Positions 1 to 11,006 of a DNA stretch of 64,000 bases are shown in pieces. The first letter of the stretch is position 1. Each line of letters begins with the position of its first letter. Position numbers and translations under genes: made by a program. Below the pieces are notes generated by a model. That model saw nothing but the letters and a program-made list of their open reading frames with translations. It ran no database searches and was not told where the DNA came from. The stretch is from Sedimentisphaerales bacterium (GTDB lineage: Bacteria; Planctomycetota; Phycisphaerae; Sedimentisphaerales; SM23-30): NCBI GenBank assembly GCA_963666285.1, contig OY762711.1. One strand, given 5' to 3'.

Positions 1-984
1 CCCAAAGTCCTTTACTGATTCAATAACTGATTACCTGACATAATGTTAGATAACGCCCACATTACTATTCAACGGAATATACAACTTATGCCACATTTTC
101 CGCCTATAAAAAACTCGTCATATTATTCTCAGGGTTTCATTAATAAATTATCCAAATGTGGAGCTAATATATATAACTGACTGAATAATAAGGACCTAAG
201 ATATATTTTAACACCCAAATATTTTTTCAGAACTCCCGGTATAATGATTTTGCAAAATAATATAGGACTAAATGTATGTTTTCTTCCTATATTTGAGCCT
301 CAAAACACAGTTCACTGCTATTATTATTAATTATAAGACCTTATCTAAGCTGACAACTATGCCAGTAATCCTAAAACTTATTCAAATTAAATTATCAATA
401 TACTGCATTTAACTTTAATATGTGGTTTTAGTAGTATTCGACCAATAAACCTCAAAATAGAAAAACTCTATACTGTAACTTTATGACCAATAAGGGTCAC
501 TAACCTGGCACTATTAGAAACCCTGGCTAACTTTTACAGCTGTTTGTTGGTATGCTAATATTGTTAAGGCCATTCCAAGTCCGCTACTTTATTAAAGCGA
601 GTGGAGCAACAGGAAGTTATAAAGATATTGACATATTTACATCATAATTAATTCGCCAGTGAACTAACGAATGGTTGTACCAAACTCAAAACCATCTCCG
701 ATAATATCATTATTTATAGTGCTAACCAGAATAGATAAACTGATTTTGCCATAAGCATTTTTTATGACGATAATAAAAAATGGAAATGAGACTATAGAAA
801 AAGTCTTGTCTGAAGGCTATTGCATACTTTAAGAACCTCCATTTTTAGCTGCCATTGCAGAGGTTACTGAAAATAGTGCTAATCTTAAGGTGGCCTCTTG
901 AAGATAGTAGTATTACAATGTCATTTCCACAGAAAGATATTCATATTAATAATGATAATTCCGACGGATGACAAAAACACTACC

Positions 985-1020
985 AAAAAAAATGTCTGAA
1001 GTTAATTCAGACATTTTTTT
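985..1020. terminator. Intrinsic terminator (bidirectional) downstream of nifA
   Basis: AAAAAAAATGTCTGAA-GTTAA-TTCAGACATTTTTTT inverted repeat with A/T tails, ~90 bp past the nifA stop. Confidence 0.8.
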
Positions 1021-1106
1021 ACTTACAGGAATACCACAGATAAATTTCCAGCTCTATATTTCACATAGAAATCATCGAAAAAAACACTACAAACTGGATT
1101 TATATT

Positions 1107-2681
1107 CTATTTTTTCTTCTTCTTGAAATACATAGTATAATCAATACCCAGCTTTTCGATCTTGTATCTCACCATCCTGGAGGTAATACCCAGTTCACGT
1201 GAGGCAGCAGCGACATTGCCATTAGATCTTTTAAGTGCATCAATAATTAAATCTCTCTCAATCATTGACATTTTTGATTTTAGCGTTCCAGTTTCCTGGA
1301 GGGTAGGAAGTTCAGGAGTTTGCAGCGTTGGCGGAAGATTATACCCATGTATGACACCGTCATTACTTAAAAGCACAGCATGTTCTATACAGTTTTCAAG
1401 CTCACGGATATTTCCCGGCCAGTGATATGCCATCAGCATATTAATAGCCTGAGTACCAATTCGCCTAATATTTTTATTCATCTTAGCTGAATATTTTTCA
1501 ACAAAATGATTTGCCAGCAATAAAACATCATCTTTGCGTTCGCGCAACGGAGGTAAATGAATTGGAAAGACATTTATACGATAATATAAGTCCTGGCGAA
1601 ATTCGCCTTGCTGCACTGCCTTTACTAAATCTTTATTCGTTGCCGTTATAACACGAATATTAGATTTTATCACCTCATTACTTCCAACGGGCTGAAATTC
1701 ACGTTCCTGCAAAAAACGCAGCAGCTTAACCTGAATAGCCAGGCTGAAGTCACCAATTTCATCAAGAAACAAGGTACCGCCATCAGCTTCTTTTATTAAA
1801 CCAATTCTTGAATTAACTGCTCCGGTAAACGCCCCTTTCTCATGACCAAAAAGTTCGCTTTCTAACAGATTTTCACTCATTGCGGCACAATTAACCCTGA
1901 TAAAAGGTTTATGACACCTCGGTGAGCTGTAGTGTATAGCAGAAGCAACCAACTCTTTACCTGTTCCAGATTCACCTGTTATCAAAACAGTAGTATCAGA
2001 AGAGGATACCTGGTGTATCATAGTATAAGTTGCCCGCATACTTTTTGAGTTACCAATTATATTTTCCGGACGATACCTTTCTTCCAAGGCATTATGTAGT
2101 CGAGTCTTTTCCGCCTCAAATGCTTCACGCTCGAGCTTAACCATTCTACGGTTCTTAATATCATGAGCCAACATACAGGCAACAATACTCAAGACACGCT
2201 TCTTATCATTTAGATTCACCGCTTCATCATAAGCCAGATCAACAGAGAGAGTCCCTGTCACTTCCTGCCCTAATGTGATAGGAACACATATAAAGCTCAA
2301 CTCATTTCCATCACTTTCCTGCCTGCTGTGTACCCTGCCACAAAAACGAGGCTCTTTGGAAACCTGAGGTACGACTGCGGCTTCACCGGTTTCTAATACC
2401 CTGCCAGTTATACCCTCTCCCATAGAATAACGCATTTCATTCTGATTAGAACTTCGCATGTTACTGGCAGCTTCTACTACAAGCTCGGAACCATCCGGTG
2501 ACAAAATCATCACCGTGCCGCGCTTCATCTGAGCTTCTAACTCAAGAACCTCAAGTATCTCTAGCAGCATTTCACGCTGGCCCGATCTACTGGCAAGTAT
2601 TTTTGCTATTGCATACAATGCTTCCAGATCTTTTTTTCTGCCTATATTATTCATAACTTCTAAAGACATAATAGTAACCAC
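1107..2681 (-). CDS. nifA: NifA-family sigma54-dependent transcriptional activator (GAF-AAA+-HTH); start may be ATG 2669
   Basis: N-terminal GAF, Walker [42 protein letters not shown]-terminal Fis-type HTH; next to nif genes. Confidence 0.85.
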   Translation of the reverse strand: MVTIMSLEVMNNIGRKKDLEALYAIAKILASRSGQREMLLEILEVLELEAQMKRGTVMILSPDGSELVVEAASNMRSSNQNEMRYSMGEGITGRVLETGEAAVVPQVSKEPRFCGRVHSRQESDGNELSFICVPITLGQEVTGTLSVDLAYDEAVNLNDKKRVLSIVACMLAHDIKNRRMVKLEREAFEAEKTRLHNALEERYRPENIIGNSKSMRATYTMIHQVSSSDTTVLITGESGTGKELVASAIHYSSPRCHKPFIRVNCAAMSENLLESELFGHEKGAFTGAVNSRIGLIKEADGGTLFLDEIGDFSLAIQVKLLRFLQEREFQPVGSNEVIKSNIRVITATNKDLVKAVQQGEFRQDLYYRINVFPIHLPPLRERKDDVLLLANHFVEKYSAKMNKNIRRIGTQAINMLMAYHWPGNIRELENCIEHAVLLSNDGVIHGYNLPPTLQTPELPTLQETGTLKSKMSMIERDLIIDALKRSNGNVAAASRELGITSRMVRYKIEKLGIDYTMYFKKKKK

Positions 2682-2875
2682 GCAACTGATAAGTTACATT
2701 ATTGTAACTGTAGCCATTAAAAAGGAAATAATATTACACCACCTCGCTTTATAGGCCGATTTTCTTTACATATTGGCAATAAACAACTTATTGCACACAC
2801 CTGAATTACCATCCTCAAGTTACATATTATTTATGACAAAAATATTGCAAACTTGTACATTTTCACAATGATACA

Positions 2876-2891
2876 AACAAATTCCATACCA
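2876..2891 (-). promoter_or_regulatory. Candidate sigma54 -24/-12 promoter of nifA
   Basis: Minus strand TGGTAT-GGAAT-TTGTT, the same GG-N10-GT pattern as the three nif promoters. Confidence 0.5.
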
Positions 2892-3013
2892 AATATCCGG
2901 CATCAGATTCCAAAGAATTATTTGCAGACAAGATATATGCAAAATTTTCGGTTATACCCCAACAAAATAAATGGACACACCAATACAACATGTGAAAAAA
3001 TTTAAAATAGTAA

Positions 3014-3040
3014 TGGGTTACCAGCAATACTGATAACCCA
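3014..3040 (-). terminator. Hairpin, probable terminator after MCP gene
   Basis: TGGGTTACCAG-CAATA-CTGATAACCCA inverted repeat 45 bp past the stop. Confidence 0.55.
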
Positions 3041-3084
3041 AAACGTATTTGTTATTATGATAAGAGAGAAGTTGGCTATATAAT

Positions 3085-5232
3085 TTAATTAAATTCATCA
3101 AAATCATCATTTTCAAATGGAATTGCCTCTTCTGCATTAGCAGCACTTGTTGTCGCTACATGCTTTACAGGCTCTTTCTCAATAGGAGCCGAAGGAGATG
3201 AGCCAGCTATTTCATGAAACGCCTTATCTGAACGGCTCAACTTTGGAACCGATATATCGTTATGGGGAAGCTTGGTTTTAACAGTCTTACGATTGCTTGA
3301 ATCTCCTCCAACCATTTTAGCCAGATTATGAACAATTTCATTTACTGTTTCAGCCTGAGCATTCAATTCTTCTGCAGCAGATGCTGATTCCTCTGCGGCT
3401 GTTGCATTTGATTGAGTAACACCATCCATTTGAGCAATAGCATCCCTGATCTGATTTATTGCTGCTGCCTGCTCATCATTTGAAGTTGTTATATTGCTTA
3501 CATATGTTGTTGTTTTGTCTACAGATTCAGCGATTTCATTCAAAACACTACCAACTCTAGATACAATTTCAACACCATTATTAGCATTTTTCACTGATTC
3601 TTCAATCATTTCTGTCGTACTGCGAGCAGCTTCGGCCGAACGCATCGCCAAGTTTCTCACTTCTTCTGCAACAACCGCAAAGCCTTTACCTGCTTCGCCC
3701 GCCCTTGCAGCTTCTACAGCAGCATTTAACGCAAGTAGATTTGTCTGAAACGCAATTTCATCAATTGTTTTAACAATTTTGCTTGTTTCTTCAGATGATT
3801 TCTGTATGTCATGAATTGCTGCACTCATTTGTTCCATAGCCTCAGTACCACTAATCGTTGAAGCGTTTACTTCCTGGGCATATTGATGTGCCTGTCTTGC
3901 ATTTTCAACATTTTCATTTGTCTGATCAGAAATCTGGGACATTGAGCTGGTAATCTGCTCAATTCCAGCAGCCTGTTCACAACTGCCATTTGCCAAGGCC
4001 TGTGAAGTACTTGACACCTCTGTCGAAGCTGATGCTACCTGCTCTGAACTCACAGTCATTGAGTCTATTGCTTTTTGCAGTACAACAATAATCGCCTTGC
4101 AGACTAATATTGATATAATAACAGAAAAAATAGAAATAACTATTCCTGCGATCGATGAATACTTAACATCAGATTTCATACTATCGCACATTTCTTTTGA
4201 TTTGACACTTGCTTTTTCACTTATATCATTAATATAAACTACCTGATCTCCAATACGTTTTTCAAACATCTCTGTCATTGCATTAATCGTATCACGAAAT
4301 ATGTCAAAAGCAACTAATGAATTTTTGCTAGATTCATTCCTGGCAATCTTATTATCTATGCTCCTGGAAGATAAATCCACAACGGCAATTGAATTTTTCT
4401 GCCACTGTTCATAATAACCCTTAAATTCCTTATACACCAGGTTCATATCATCGTCAAATACACCGGAAGCCTTTTCTGCCCTATCTGATACTTGCTGTAT
4501 ATTAGACATGTTATCCTTCACTATTGACAACATTTCTTCAGGAGAATTACTTTGCATTGCCTGCATTTGGGCAAGATACGCCTGATATGCATCGCGATCT
4601 GCATTTAAAAGTAATGAATAACTATTATATATATCATTCAATTTTGACTTGGTAATGTTGTTATCATCAGTAACTGTTTTCAGCTTCTCTTCCAGTAAAA
4701 GTTCAATTCGATCTATTGCATCCCTCATGAGATCAAACTGCGCAACACTATTAGACATAAGCTCTTTTCGCTGCTTGAAGTTTTCAGCCAGTTCAATTGA
4801 CATTTTTACTACTTCTCGACTGCTTTCTTTCCATACTCTAAACTGCTCTTTAAATGTTTCGTACTGAGCATTCATCTGTTTGTCGAACTGAGATGAGGAT
4901 TTGTTTACCCGATCATTAACCTGATTAATATTTTCCATATTATCAGCGTCAAGCCGAACTAACTTCTCATGATCATTGATATCCATAGCCTCAACTTGAG
5001 CCAGATACGCCTGATATGCATCACGATCTGCATTTAGAAGCAATGCAATAGCATCATTTAAAGCTGTAATTTCCGGTATATCTTTTTTTACAATAGGTAT
5101 AAATACATCATTAACGGTCTCCTCTACCTCAGCAGTCACTTGTGCCATTTGATATGAGTTAAAACCCAAAAATAGTAAAAGACCGGCAACTGGAATAAGT
5201 ACTGTTAATAATATTTTTGTCCTGATAGTCAT
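3085..5232 (-). CDS. Methyl-accepting chemotaxis protein with duplicated periplasmic helical sensor
   Basis: Two TM segments, IAFQTNLLALNAAVEAARAGEAGKGFAVVAEEVRNLA signalling hairpin, internal repeat LLLNADRDAYQAYLAQ x2, C-terminal DFDEFN. Confidence 0.93.
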   Translation of the reverse strand: MTIRTKILLTVLIPVAGLLLFLGFNSYQMAQVTAEVEETVNDVFIPIVKKDIPEITALNDAIALLLNADRDAYQAYLAQVEAMDINDHEKLVRLDADNMENINQVNDRVNKSSSQFDKQMNAQYETFKEQFRVWKESSREVVKMSIELAENFKQRKELMSNSVAQFDLMRDAIDRIELLLEEKLKTVTDDNNITKSKLNDIYNSYSLLLNADRDAYQAYLAQMQAMQSNSPEEMLSIVKDNMSNIQQVSDRAEKASGVFDDDMNLVYKEFKGYYEQWQKNSIAVVDLSSRSIDNKIARNESSKNSLVAFDIFRDTINAMTEMFEKRIGDQVVYINDISEKASVKSKEMCDSMKSDVKYSSIAGIVISIFSVIISILVCKAIIVVLQKAIDSMTVSSEQVASASTEVSSTSQALANGSCEQAAGIEQITSSMSQISDQTNENVENARQAHQYAQEVNASTISGTEAMEQMSAAIHDIQKSSEETSKIVKTIDEIAFQTNLLALNAAVEAARAGEAGKGFAVVAEEVRNLAMRSAEAARSTTEMIEESVKNANNGVEIVSRVGSVLNEIAESVDKTTTYVSNITTSNDEQAAAINQIRDAIAQMDGVTQSNATAAEESASAAEELNAQAETVNEIVHNLAKMVGGDSSNRKTVKTKLPHNDISVPKLSRSDKAFHEIAGSSPSAPIEKEPVKHVATTSAANAEEAIPFENDDFDEFN

Positions 5233-5650
5233 TGTTATTCTCCATACTGATACCTGATTTTACTGAAACCATAAATATATTGGCTTCCTTCTGAATTAAA
5301 TTTCGTCCTTTATCAGACAAGTTATTACAGAATAATAAGACTATTAAAAATTCCACCATAACATTTATGCCATACATAATTTATAAACTCATAAATAATA
5401 GCTAATTACAAAAACACACTGAATATCTGCAACCTCAAAACATAAAATAAAATGTAGCAGTTATATTGGTCTCCTCGCAAAATCAATGGAAATTATAGGA
5501 CCTATACACAGTAAAACACAGTCAAAATCAATACACTTATCGGACCGTATAAAGTAAGGACAATAGTAGCTTCACATTTTCACCCATAAACAGCTACACC
5601 TGAAATCAATACAGTGATACACTGTATATGTTCACATTGGAACTAGACAA

Positions 5651-5681
5651 TAAAAAAAGAGGCCCCAAAAACGAGCCTCTA
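5651..5681 (-). terminator. Intrinsic terminator after esterase gene
   Basis: AGAGGC-loop-GCCTCT followed by a T-tract on the minus strand. Confidence 0.6.
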
Positions 5682-5738
5682 TTGTTACATTATTTAACTG
5701 GAATATTCAGGAAATATATAACCGATCGTATTATTGCC

Positions 5739-6509
5739 CTATCGTCTATACTTCAAAAGCCACTCATACAGCTCCGAATTATTATATGTTTGCGTCCAGG
5801 AATCATGTCCTACCCCAGGATATACTGTAAACTTAATATCACCACCTTCTTTTTTGATAGCATCAACCATTTCCTGCGATTTGCTAATAGGAACTGTCGT
5901 ATCACTATCACCATGAAAGACCCAGATGGGCAACTTAGAAAGCACTTTTGCATCAGCAGGATTGCCGCCACCACAAATCGGAGCAATCGCGGCAAACTTT
6001 TCCGGATGTGCTGCGGCAAGTGCCCAGGTCCCAAAACCTCCCATGCTAAGCCCGGTAAGGTATACGCGATCTCGATCAACTGGATACGTTTCCATTATCT
6101 CATCCAGTAATCCATTTAAAGCTGCAACCTGAACAGGATTATTCCACCAGAAATCACCGGGACACTGAGGTGAAACAATAATAAAAGGGAAATCCCTGCT
6201 TTCTGCTAATTTTGGTAAACCATGAGCTTTCACTTTACTTAGATCATTACCTCGTTCACCTACACCATGTAAAAACATAACAAGCGGCCACTTTTTCTGG
6301 CTATCTGGAAAATCTTTAGGAATATACAGTAAATATCCGAGTTTAGCTTTCACTGCGACATCCTGCTCAAACATTTTTTCAGTTTGACCAGAAACCAAAT
6401 CGTTAGATCCACTATTTAACCTTGAACAACCTGTCAAAAATAGTATAAATACAAAAATACATAACAATACAATACTCTTCATAGCAATAATTCCTTTAAA
6501 ATAGAACAA
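5739..6509 (-). CDS. Alpha/beta-hydrolase (esterase/peptidase S9-like) lipoprotein; likely start ATG 6482
   Basis: LHGxGERG, nucleophile GLSMGG, FHGDSD, GHDSW; lipobox LTGC. Confidence 0.85.
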   Translation of the reverse strand: MFYFKGIIAMKSIVLLCIFVFILFLTGCSRLNSGSNDLVSGQTEKMFEQDVAVKAKLGYLLYIPKDFPDSQKKWPLVMFLHGVGERGNDLSKVKAHGLPKLAESRDFPFIIVSPQCPGDFWWNNPVQVAALNGLLDEIMETYPVDRDRVYLTGLSMGGFGTWALAAAHPEKFAAIAPICGGGNPADAKVLSKLPIWVFHGDSDTTVPISKSQEMVDAIKKEGGDIKFTVYPGVGHDSWTQTYNNSELYEWLLKYRR

Positions 6510-6958
6510 ATATTACTTAAAACAACATCATTATTATCTGCATTTTTGTAAATAAATCCATAGTAAATTAGCAATATATACCTTAACCACAAACTGTCTC
6601 TTATTGCATTTCCCGTGCTTTTCTATCAGAATTAGCAATTCTACTATGATTCCGGAATCTAATATCTTTTTTTGCCAAAGACAAAAAACACTCAAATTAG
6701 GTTAAGGAGAATAATCATCTACCATTAAACTAACTGCTCAAAACAAACAGGTACTACCACTGCATAAAAATAAAACGCAAAATAAATCGAACGCCTAATT
6801 TTTATTACCCTACAGGCCAAACACCAGATACTATGACTCTGTTGCTGGTACTTTGCTCCCACTAACAGGAGCAAAGAACCGCAACAAAAAACCAGCAGTA
6901 CTATAATAGAATAAGTCCTTAATTAGTAAAATAATCCTTCAATATCATTACACCTCAG

Positions 6959-8098
6959 CTAGTTTGTCTCGGCATATAAACTTAATAAATCAGTTATTGA
7001 TATCGCACTTTTTTTGCTACTGGCAAGCATTTTAACCTTTTCCAGCAAACGACTTGCCTGTTCGCTGCCAACGTTGATCCCCATCAATGCCAGTGTATAT
7101 ATCACATTACTTTTGCCTGAATTTTTTCCCAGAACATACTGTTCTCTTGCTCGACCAATAAGTTCTGGTTCAAAAGGTTCATATGATTTACTATCTTTTA
7201 TCATGGAATTCACATGTATGCCGGATTCATGAGTAAATACCTGAGAACCAACAATCGGCTGCGATGGCGGAATATCATGCCCGCAGGCCTGTGACACAAT
7301 CTGTGAGATGCCATACAATTTCTCAGCATCAATTCCACAATCTACCCCCAAAGAAATCTTACATGCCATCACCAGCTGTTCCAAAGCAGCATTACCAGCT
7401 CGTTCACCGAGTCCATTTACCGTAACATCTACATATCCGGCACCTGCCTGAATTGCAGCAAGAGAATTTGCGGTAGCCATACCAAGATCGTTATGCCCAT
7501 GAAATCCGATGTCTATACCAGATGCAATATGCCTGATACGACTTATATTCAAATATGTTTCTAATGGATTCCAGATCCCAACAGTATCAGCAAGTCTTAC
7601 ACGATCAATTCTATTAGCCTTTGCCAACAAGATAAATTCATCCAGAAAATCACTTTCTGCCCTTGATGCATCCTGGGCACCTATCGACACAAAATCAAAC
7701 ATGCCAGATGCTTTATTTGCAATAACGTTTAGTCGGTTCAATACCCATTTATGATTTTTGCCCAAAGCCTTAATTTGAACATCTGATACAGGTAATGAAA
7801 AATGGACAGACTTTAATCCGCATAAAGCCGCTTCATCCAGATCCCCCTCTATTGCACGACACCATCCGGTTATTCTGGCAGGTAAGCCAAGTTCAACAAT
7901 TGCCTTAACATTTTCCGCTTCAGTTGCCCCAGCTGACGGGATCCCTGCTTCAAGCTCTTTGACTCCGGCATCCGCCAAAACTGACGCTATCTCCAGTTTC
8001 TCCTCCTGAGAGAAAACAACTCCGGGACACTGCTCTCCATCTCGCAAAGTAGTATCAATCAATGTGACAGGATGGTAAATTGTCTTTGGTAATAGCAT
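6959..8098 (-). CDS. nifV: Homocitrate synthase
   Basis: [31 protein letters not shown]; ~380 aa with no LeuA regulatory domain; in nifB operon. Confidence 0.88.
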   Translation of the reverse strand: MLLPKTIYHPVTLIDTTLRDGEQCPGVVFSQEEKLEIASVLADAGVKELEAGIPSAGATEAENVKAIVELGLPARITGWCRAIEGDLDEAALCGLKSVHFSLPVSDVQIKALGKNHKWVLNRLNVIANKASGMFDFVSIGAQDASRAESDFLDEFILLAKANRIDRVRLADTVGIWNPLETYLNISRIRHIASGIDIGFHGHNDLGMATANSLAAIQAGAGYVDVTVNGLGERAGNAALEQLVMACKISLGVDCGIDAEKLYGISQIVSQACGHDIPPSQPIVGSQVFTHESGIHVNSMIKDSKSYEPFEPELIGRAREQYVLGKNSGKSNVIYTLALMGINVGSEQASRLLEKVKMLASSKKSAISITDLLSLYAETN

Positions 8099-8110
8099 TT
8101 AACCGTACCT

Positions 8111-8662
8111 CTACGGGAATCTCTTGAAAGCTTTCATATTCATCTCCTGCCAGTCATGCTTGAGATAAAACTGTAAAGCCGGATTATTGTCTCTATCTGC
8201 CAATAACTGTAACCGGGCAATCCCGTTCTCCCTGGCCCAATTATCAACAGCTTCCATTATTTTACTGCCAACTCCAAAACCTCTACAACTTTCTCGCACT
8301 ACCACATCTTCCACCCAAGCCGATTTTGCTCCTTCAGCAGTCGATATTATCACCTGGGACAGGCACATTCCTAATATCTCACCGTCTACTTCAGCAACAA
8401 ATATTTGTCCATTTGAAGAAGACATTATACCCATAAGGCCAAAAGTTTGTTTCTCTATTTCAAATTTAAAATCTTCTTCTATCGAATACAATTGTTCCAG
8501 CAAAACCAGCAACACCGGGAGGTCTGTCGGTGTTGCCGGCCTTACATTAACATTGTTATAATTTAATTCATTAGTCAATTCAGCCAACCCTCTTAACAAG
8601 ATGATTACCCATTGCTGCACCATAAGAAACAGAAATAGGTTTAAATATTTAAATTTCAACAC
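8111..8662 (-). CDS. GNAT-family N-acetyltransferase (true start probably further downstream)
   Basis: VVVRESCRGFGVGSKI acetyl-CoA motif A, N..ALQFY motif. Confidence 0.85.
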   Translation of the reverse strand: MLKFKYLNLFLFLMVQQWVIILLRGLAELTNELNYNNVNVRPATPTDLPVLLVLLEQLYSIEEDFKFEIEKQTFGLMGIMSSSNGQIFVAEVDGEILGMCLSQVIISTAEGAKSAWVEDVVVRESCRGFGVGSKIMEAVDNWARENGIARLQLLADRDNNPALQFYLKHDWQEMNMKAFKRFP

Positions 8663-8695
8663 ACTAATCTGTCTTGTTAAATTAAACTTAATCGG

Positions 8696-8995
8696 CTAAA
8701 TCAAATACTCTTCTACGCAATTACCTTCTTCTATTGCATCCAGAATTTCTTCTATCTTGTCTTCATCCATTTCAGAATACCACCATCCTTGAGGGTACAC
8801 TACCACTACCGGCCCCTTCTCACACACTTTCAAACATCCGGTACTACTAACCATTCCATCAATTCCACGCTCAAGTATCCCTTCTTCCAGTGCCTGCAAT
8901 AGCGATGGTGCGTCTTTTTTATTGCACACTCCCTGCGGCTCACCTGTTAATCTGAAACTATTACAAACAAAAAAATGATACTCCGGCTTATTCAT
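8696..8995 (-). CDS. Thioredoxin-like [2Fe-2S] ferredoxin (nif-associated)
   Basis: FFVC...GVC...TGCLKVCEKGPVVVVYPQGWWY. Confidence 0.9.
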   Translation of the reverse strand: MNKPEYHFFVCNSFRLTGEPQGVCNKKDAPSLLQALEEGILERGIDGMVSSTGCLKVCEKGPVVVVYPQGWWYSEMDEDKIEEILDAIEEGNCVEEYLI

Positions 8996-9086
8996 TATTT
9001 TACCTTTCAAACTTATAACATAAATTATTTACTATAAAACACTAGCTATTTAACCAGTTTTTCTTTCAAGCAAGCACTATCGACTA

Positions 9087-10361
9087 TTACCCACAACCCA
9101 TTCCATCGCCACTGCAGCCACTAGAACACTTAAATTTAGCGGCACAGTTTCTTAGTTTTCCGCCACTGTACAAAGTCTGCAGATTTTCTTCGATCAGTCC
9201 CTCTACCATATGAGGCATAATACCACAATCTATCAAAGCCTTTTGCGGGCTCTTACCAAATCCACTTGCCAAAACCGCTCGACAATCACTTAAGATTTCA
9301 CCCAGTTTCTTCCATCGCAGATCTCCTCCGCCAGGTGCAGGCGTCTCGCGAACACCTATTAATTCAAAACTGCCCTGGTCATTTGGACCATAAACCCTCA
9401 CGGATGCAGCTTCTCCCAAGTGCTGATTCACAAGCAATCCCTCCATAGTAGCAACAGCGACATAGGGCCTGACTTCAGCTTCTTCGGGATCAAGCGAAAC
9501 TGTCGATCTGGTCATAGCTGCCATCAGCTCATCAGAAATATCTTCTTCTATTAAACCTGCTGCATCAGCACGACATCTTTTACAATGCAGCATTTGAGGT
9601 ATTATCTCACCCACCATTGATTGAATTTCATTCATCTGTTCTTTACTCGGATGCGGCAGCGTTCCAAACACCGTCCCGGGTACAGGATATAGCGGCATAC
9701 AATTCTGAATATCAGCTCCAAGCTCTTTAACCGTTCTGGCAATTTCTTCAATATGGTCATCATTTACTCCAGGGATTACTATTGTATTTACCTTTACTAT
9801 TATTCCTTTGTCATGCAATGCCTTAACAGCATACAATTGATTTTCCAAAATCTTTTCAGCACCCAACTTGCCCCGATATGGCCTTTTACTCTCTCTTACC
9901 CAAGCGTATACTTCTTTACCGATTTCAGGATCAACAGCATTGATCGTAATTGTCACATGCGTAACATTATACTCTGCTAATTGTTCTATATAAGGAATGA
10001 TACCCAGGCCATTAGTCGCTATACAAAACAACATATCAGGGTATTTCTCACGCACAAGACGTAAAGTTTCCATTGTCTCTTCGGGATTAGCAAAAGGGTC
10101 GCCCGGACCGGCTATTCCAACCACACCAATGCGCGGATCAATCTCCAGAGCGTCATTCAAATAATTCAACGCCTGTTTAGGACTCAAAACATTACTTGTA
10201 ACACCTGGCCTGCTCTCATTCACGCAATCATACTTACGACTGCAAAAATTACACATTACATTACATTTCGGTGCTACCGGTAAATGTATCCGTCCGGTAT
10301 CCTTACATACGCTCTTGTTGAAACACGGGTGGTTGTTAATATCAAGTGCCATTTCATTCAC
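9087..10361 (-). CDS. nifB: FeMo-cofactor biosynthesis radical SAM protein NifB with C-terminal NifX-like domain
   Basis: HPC, RIHLPVAPKCNVMCNFC, ESRPG, AGPGDP, CKRCRADA, VNQHLG. Confidence 0.96.
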   Translation of the reverse strand: MNEMALDINNHPCFNKSVCKDTGRIHLPVAPKCNVMCNFCSRKYDCVNESRPGVTSNVLSPKQALNYLNDALEIDPRIGVVGIAGPGDPFANPEETMETLRLVREKYPDMLFCIATNGLGIIPYIEQLAEYNVTHVTITINAVDPEIGKEVYAWVRESKRPYRGKLGAEKILENQLYAVKALHDKGIIVKVNTIVIPGVNDDHIEEIARTVKELGADIQNCMPLYPVPGTVFGTLPHPSKEQMNEIQSMVGEIIPQMLHCKRCRADAAGLIEEDISDELMAAMTRSTVSLDPEEAEVRPYVAVATMEGLLVNQHLGEAASVRVYGPNDQGSFELIGVRETPAPGGGDLRWKKLGEILSDCRAVLASGFGKSPQKALIDCGIMPHMVEGLIEENLQTLYSGGKLRNCAAKFKCSSGCSGDGMGCG

Positions 10362-10430
10362 TTCCTTTGTAACTCTAATCTATCTATCTTTCTATCTCTC
10401 ATACATGCCCTATCAGGCACAAATACAATT

Positions 10431-10446
10431 AACAATCTGCGTGCCA
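10431..10446 (-). promoter_or_regulatory. sigma54 -24/-12 promoter of nifB operon
   Basis: Minus strand TGGCAC-GCAGA-TTGTT. Confidence 0.75.
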
Positions 10447-10576
10447 AAATAATGAAAATAGCTAATAATATATGCACATTCCAATAATTCGCCAATATAT
10501 CGAAGAAAACCAATATAACATTCCTTAATTATCAATATATTTCACAACTTCTAAACCAGGCAATACTAATATATTT

Positions 10577-10727
10577 AGGAAATAATCTTCACATAAATGT
10601 TGTCTGACAAAAATACTTCCAGAATAACCTTTACATAACTTATTTAGCTGAAACACCTTAGCTTTTAGATGAAATTAATTTCACTCGAACTCATACATTA
10701 ATACTCACATTGTACATTTCGGTCACA
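10577..10727. promoter_or_regulatory. Triplet of candidate activator binding sites upstream of nifB
   Basis: AGGAAATAATCTTCAC (10577), ATGAAATTAATTTCAC (10669), TGTACATTTCGGTCAC (10711). Confidence 0.6.
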
Positions 10728-11006
10728 AAACCACTATCACTTCCCACGAACCAAAACATATTATCCAATAAAATAATTTACCTGGCTTTCATATTTAGTA
10801 AACAGGAAGCGTTTCTGGCTTATAAGGAGGAATGATTATTCAGGGCAAATTTCATATAATACAATTAGAAAGAAACAAACCTGGCTGTCTCGAAGGATAA
10901 AATACGAATAGTGAAATTGATTTGAATTTGTTCGAAAAATATGGATGATATATTATCCTAAGCCAACAATAAATAATATAAGTATTGGTTATAAAAGGAA
11001 TAATAT

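Noticed and set aside
700..900. Possible decayed response-regulator receiver fragment (MTIIKNGNETIEKVLSEGY)
   Set aside because: Resemblance is too short and broken by stops to support without a search.
5357..5372. sigma54 promoter for the MCP gene
   Set aside because: -24 TGGCAT is present but -12 reads TTATG; not called as a feature.
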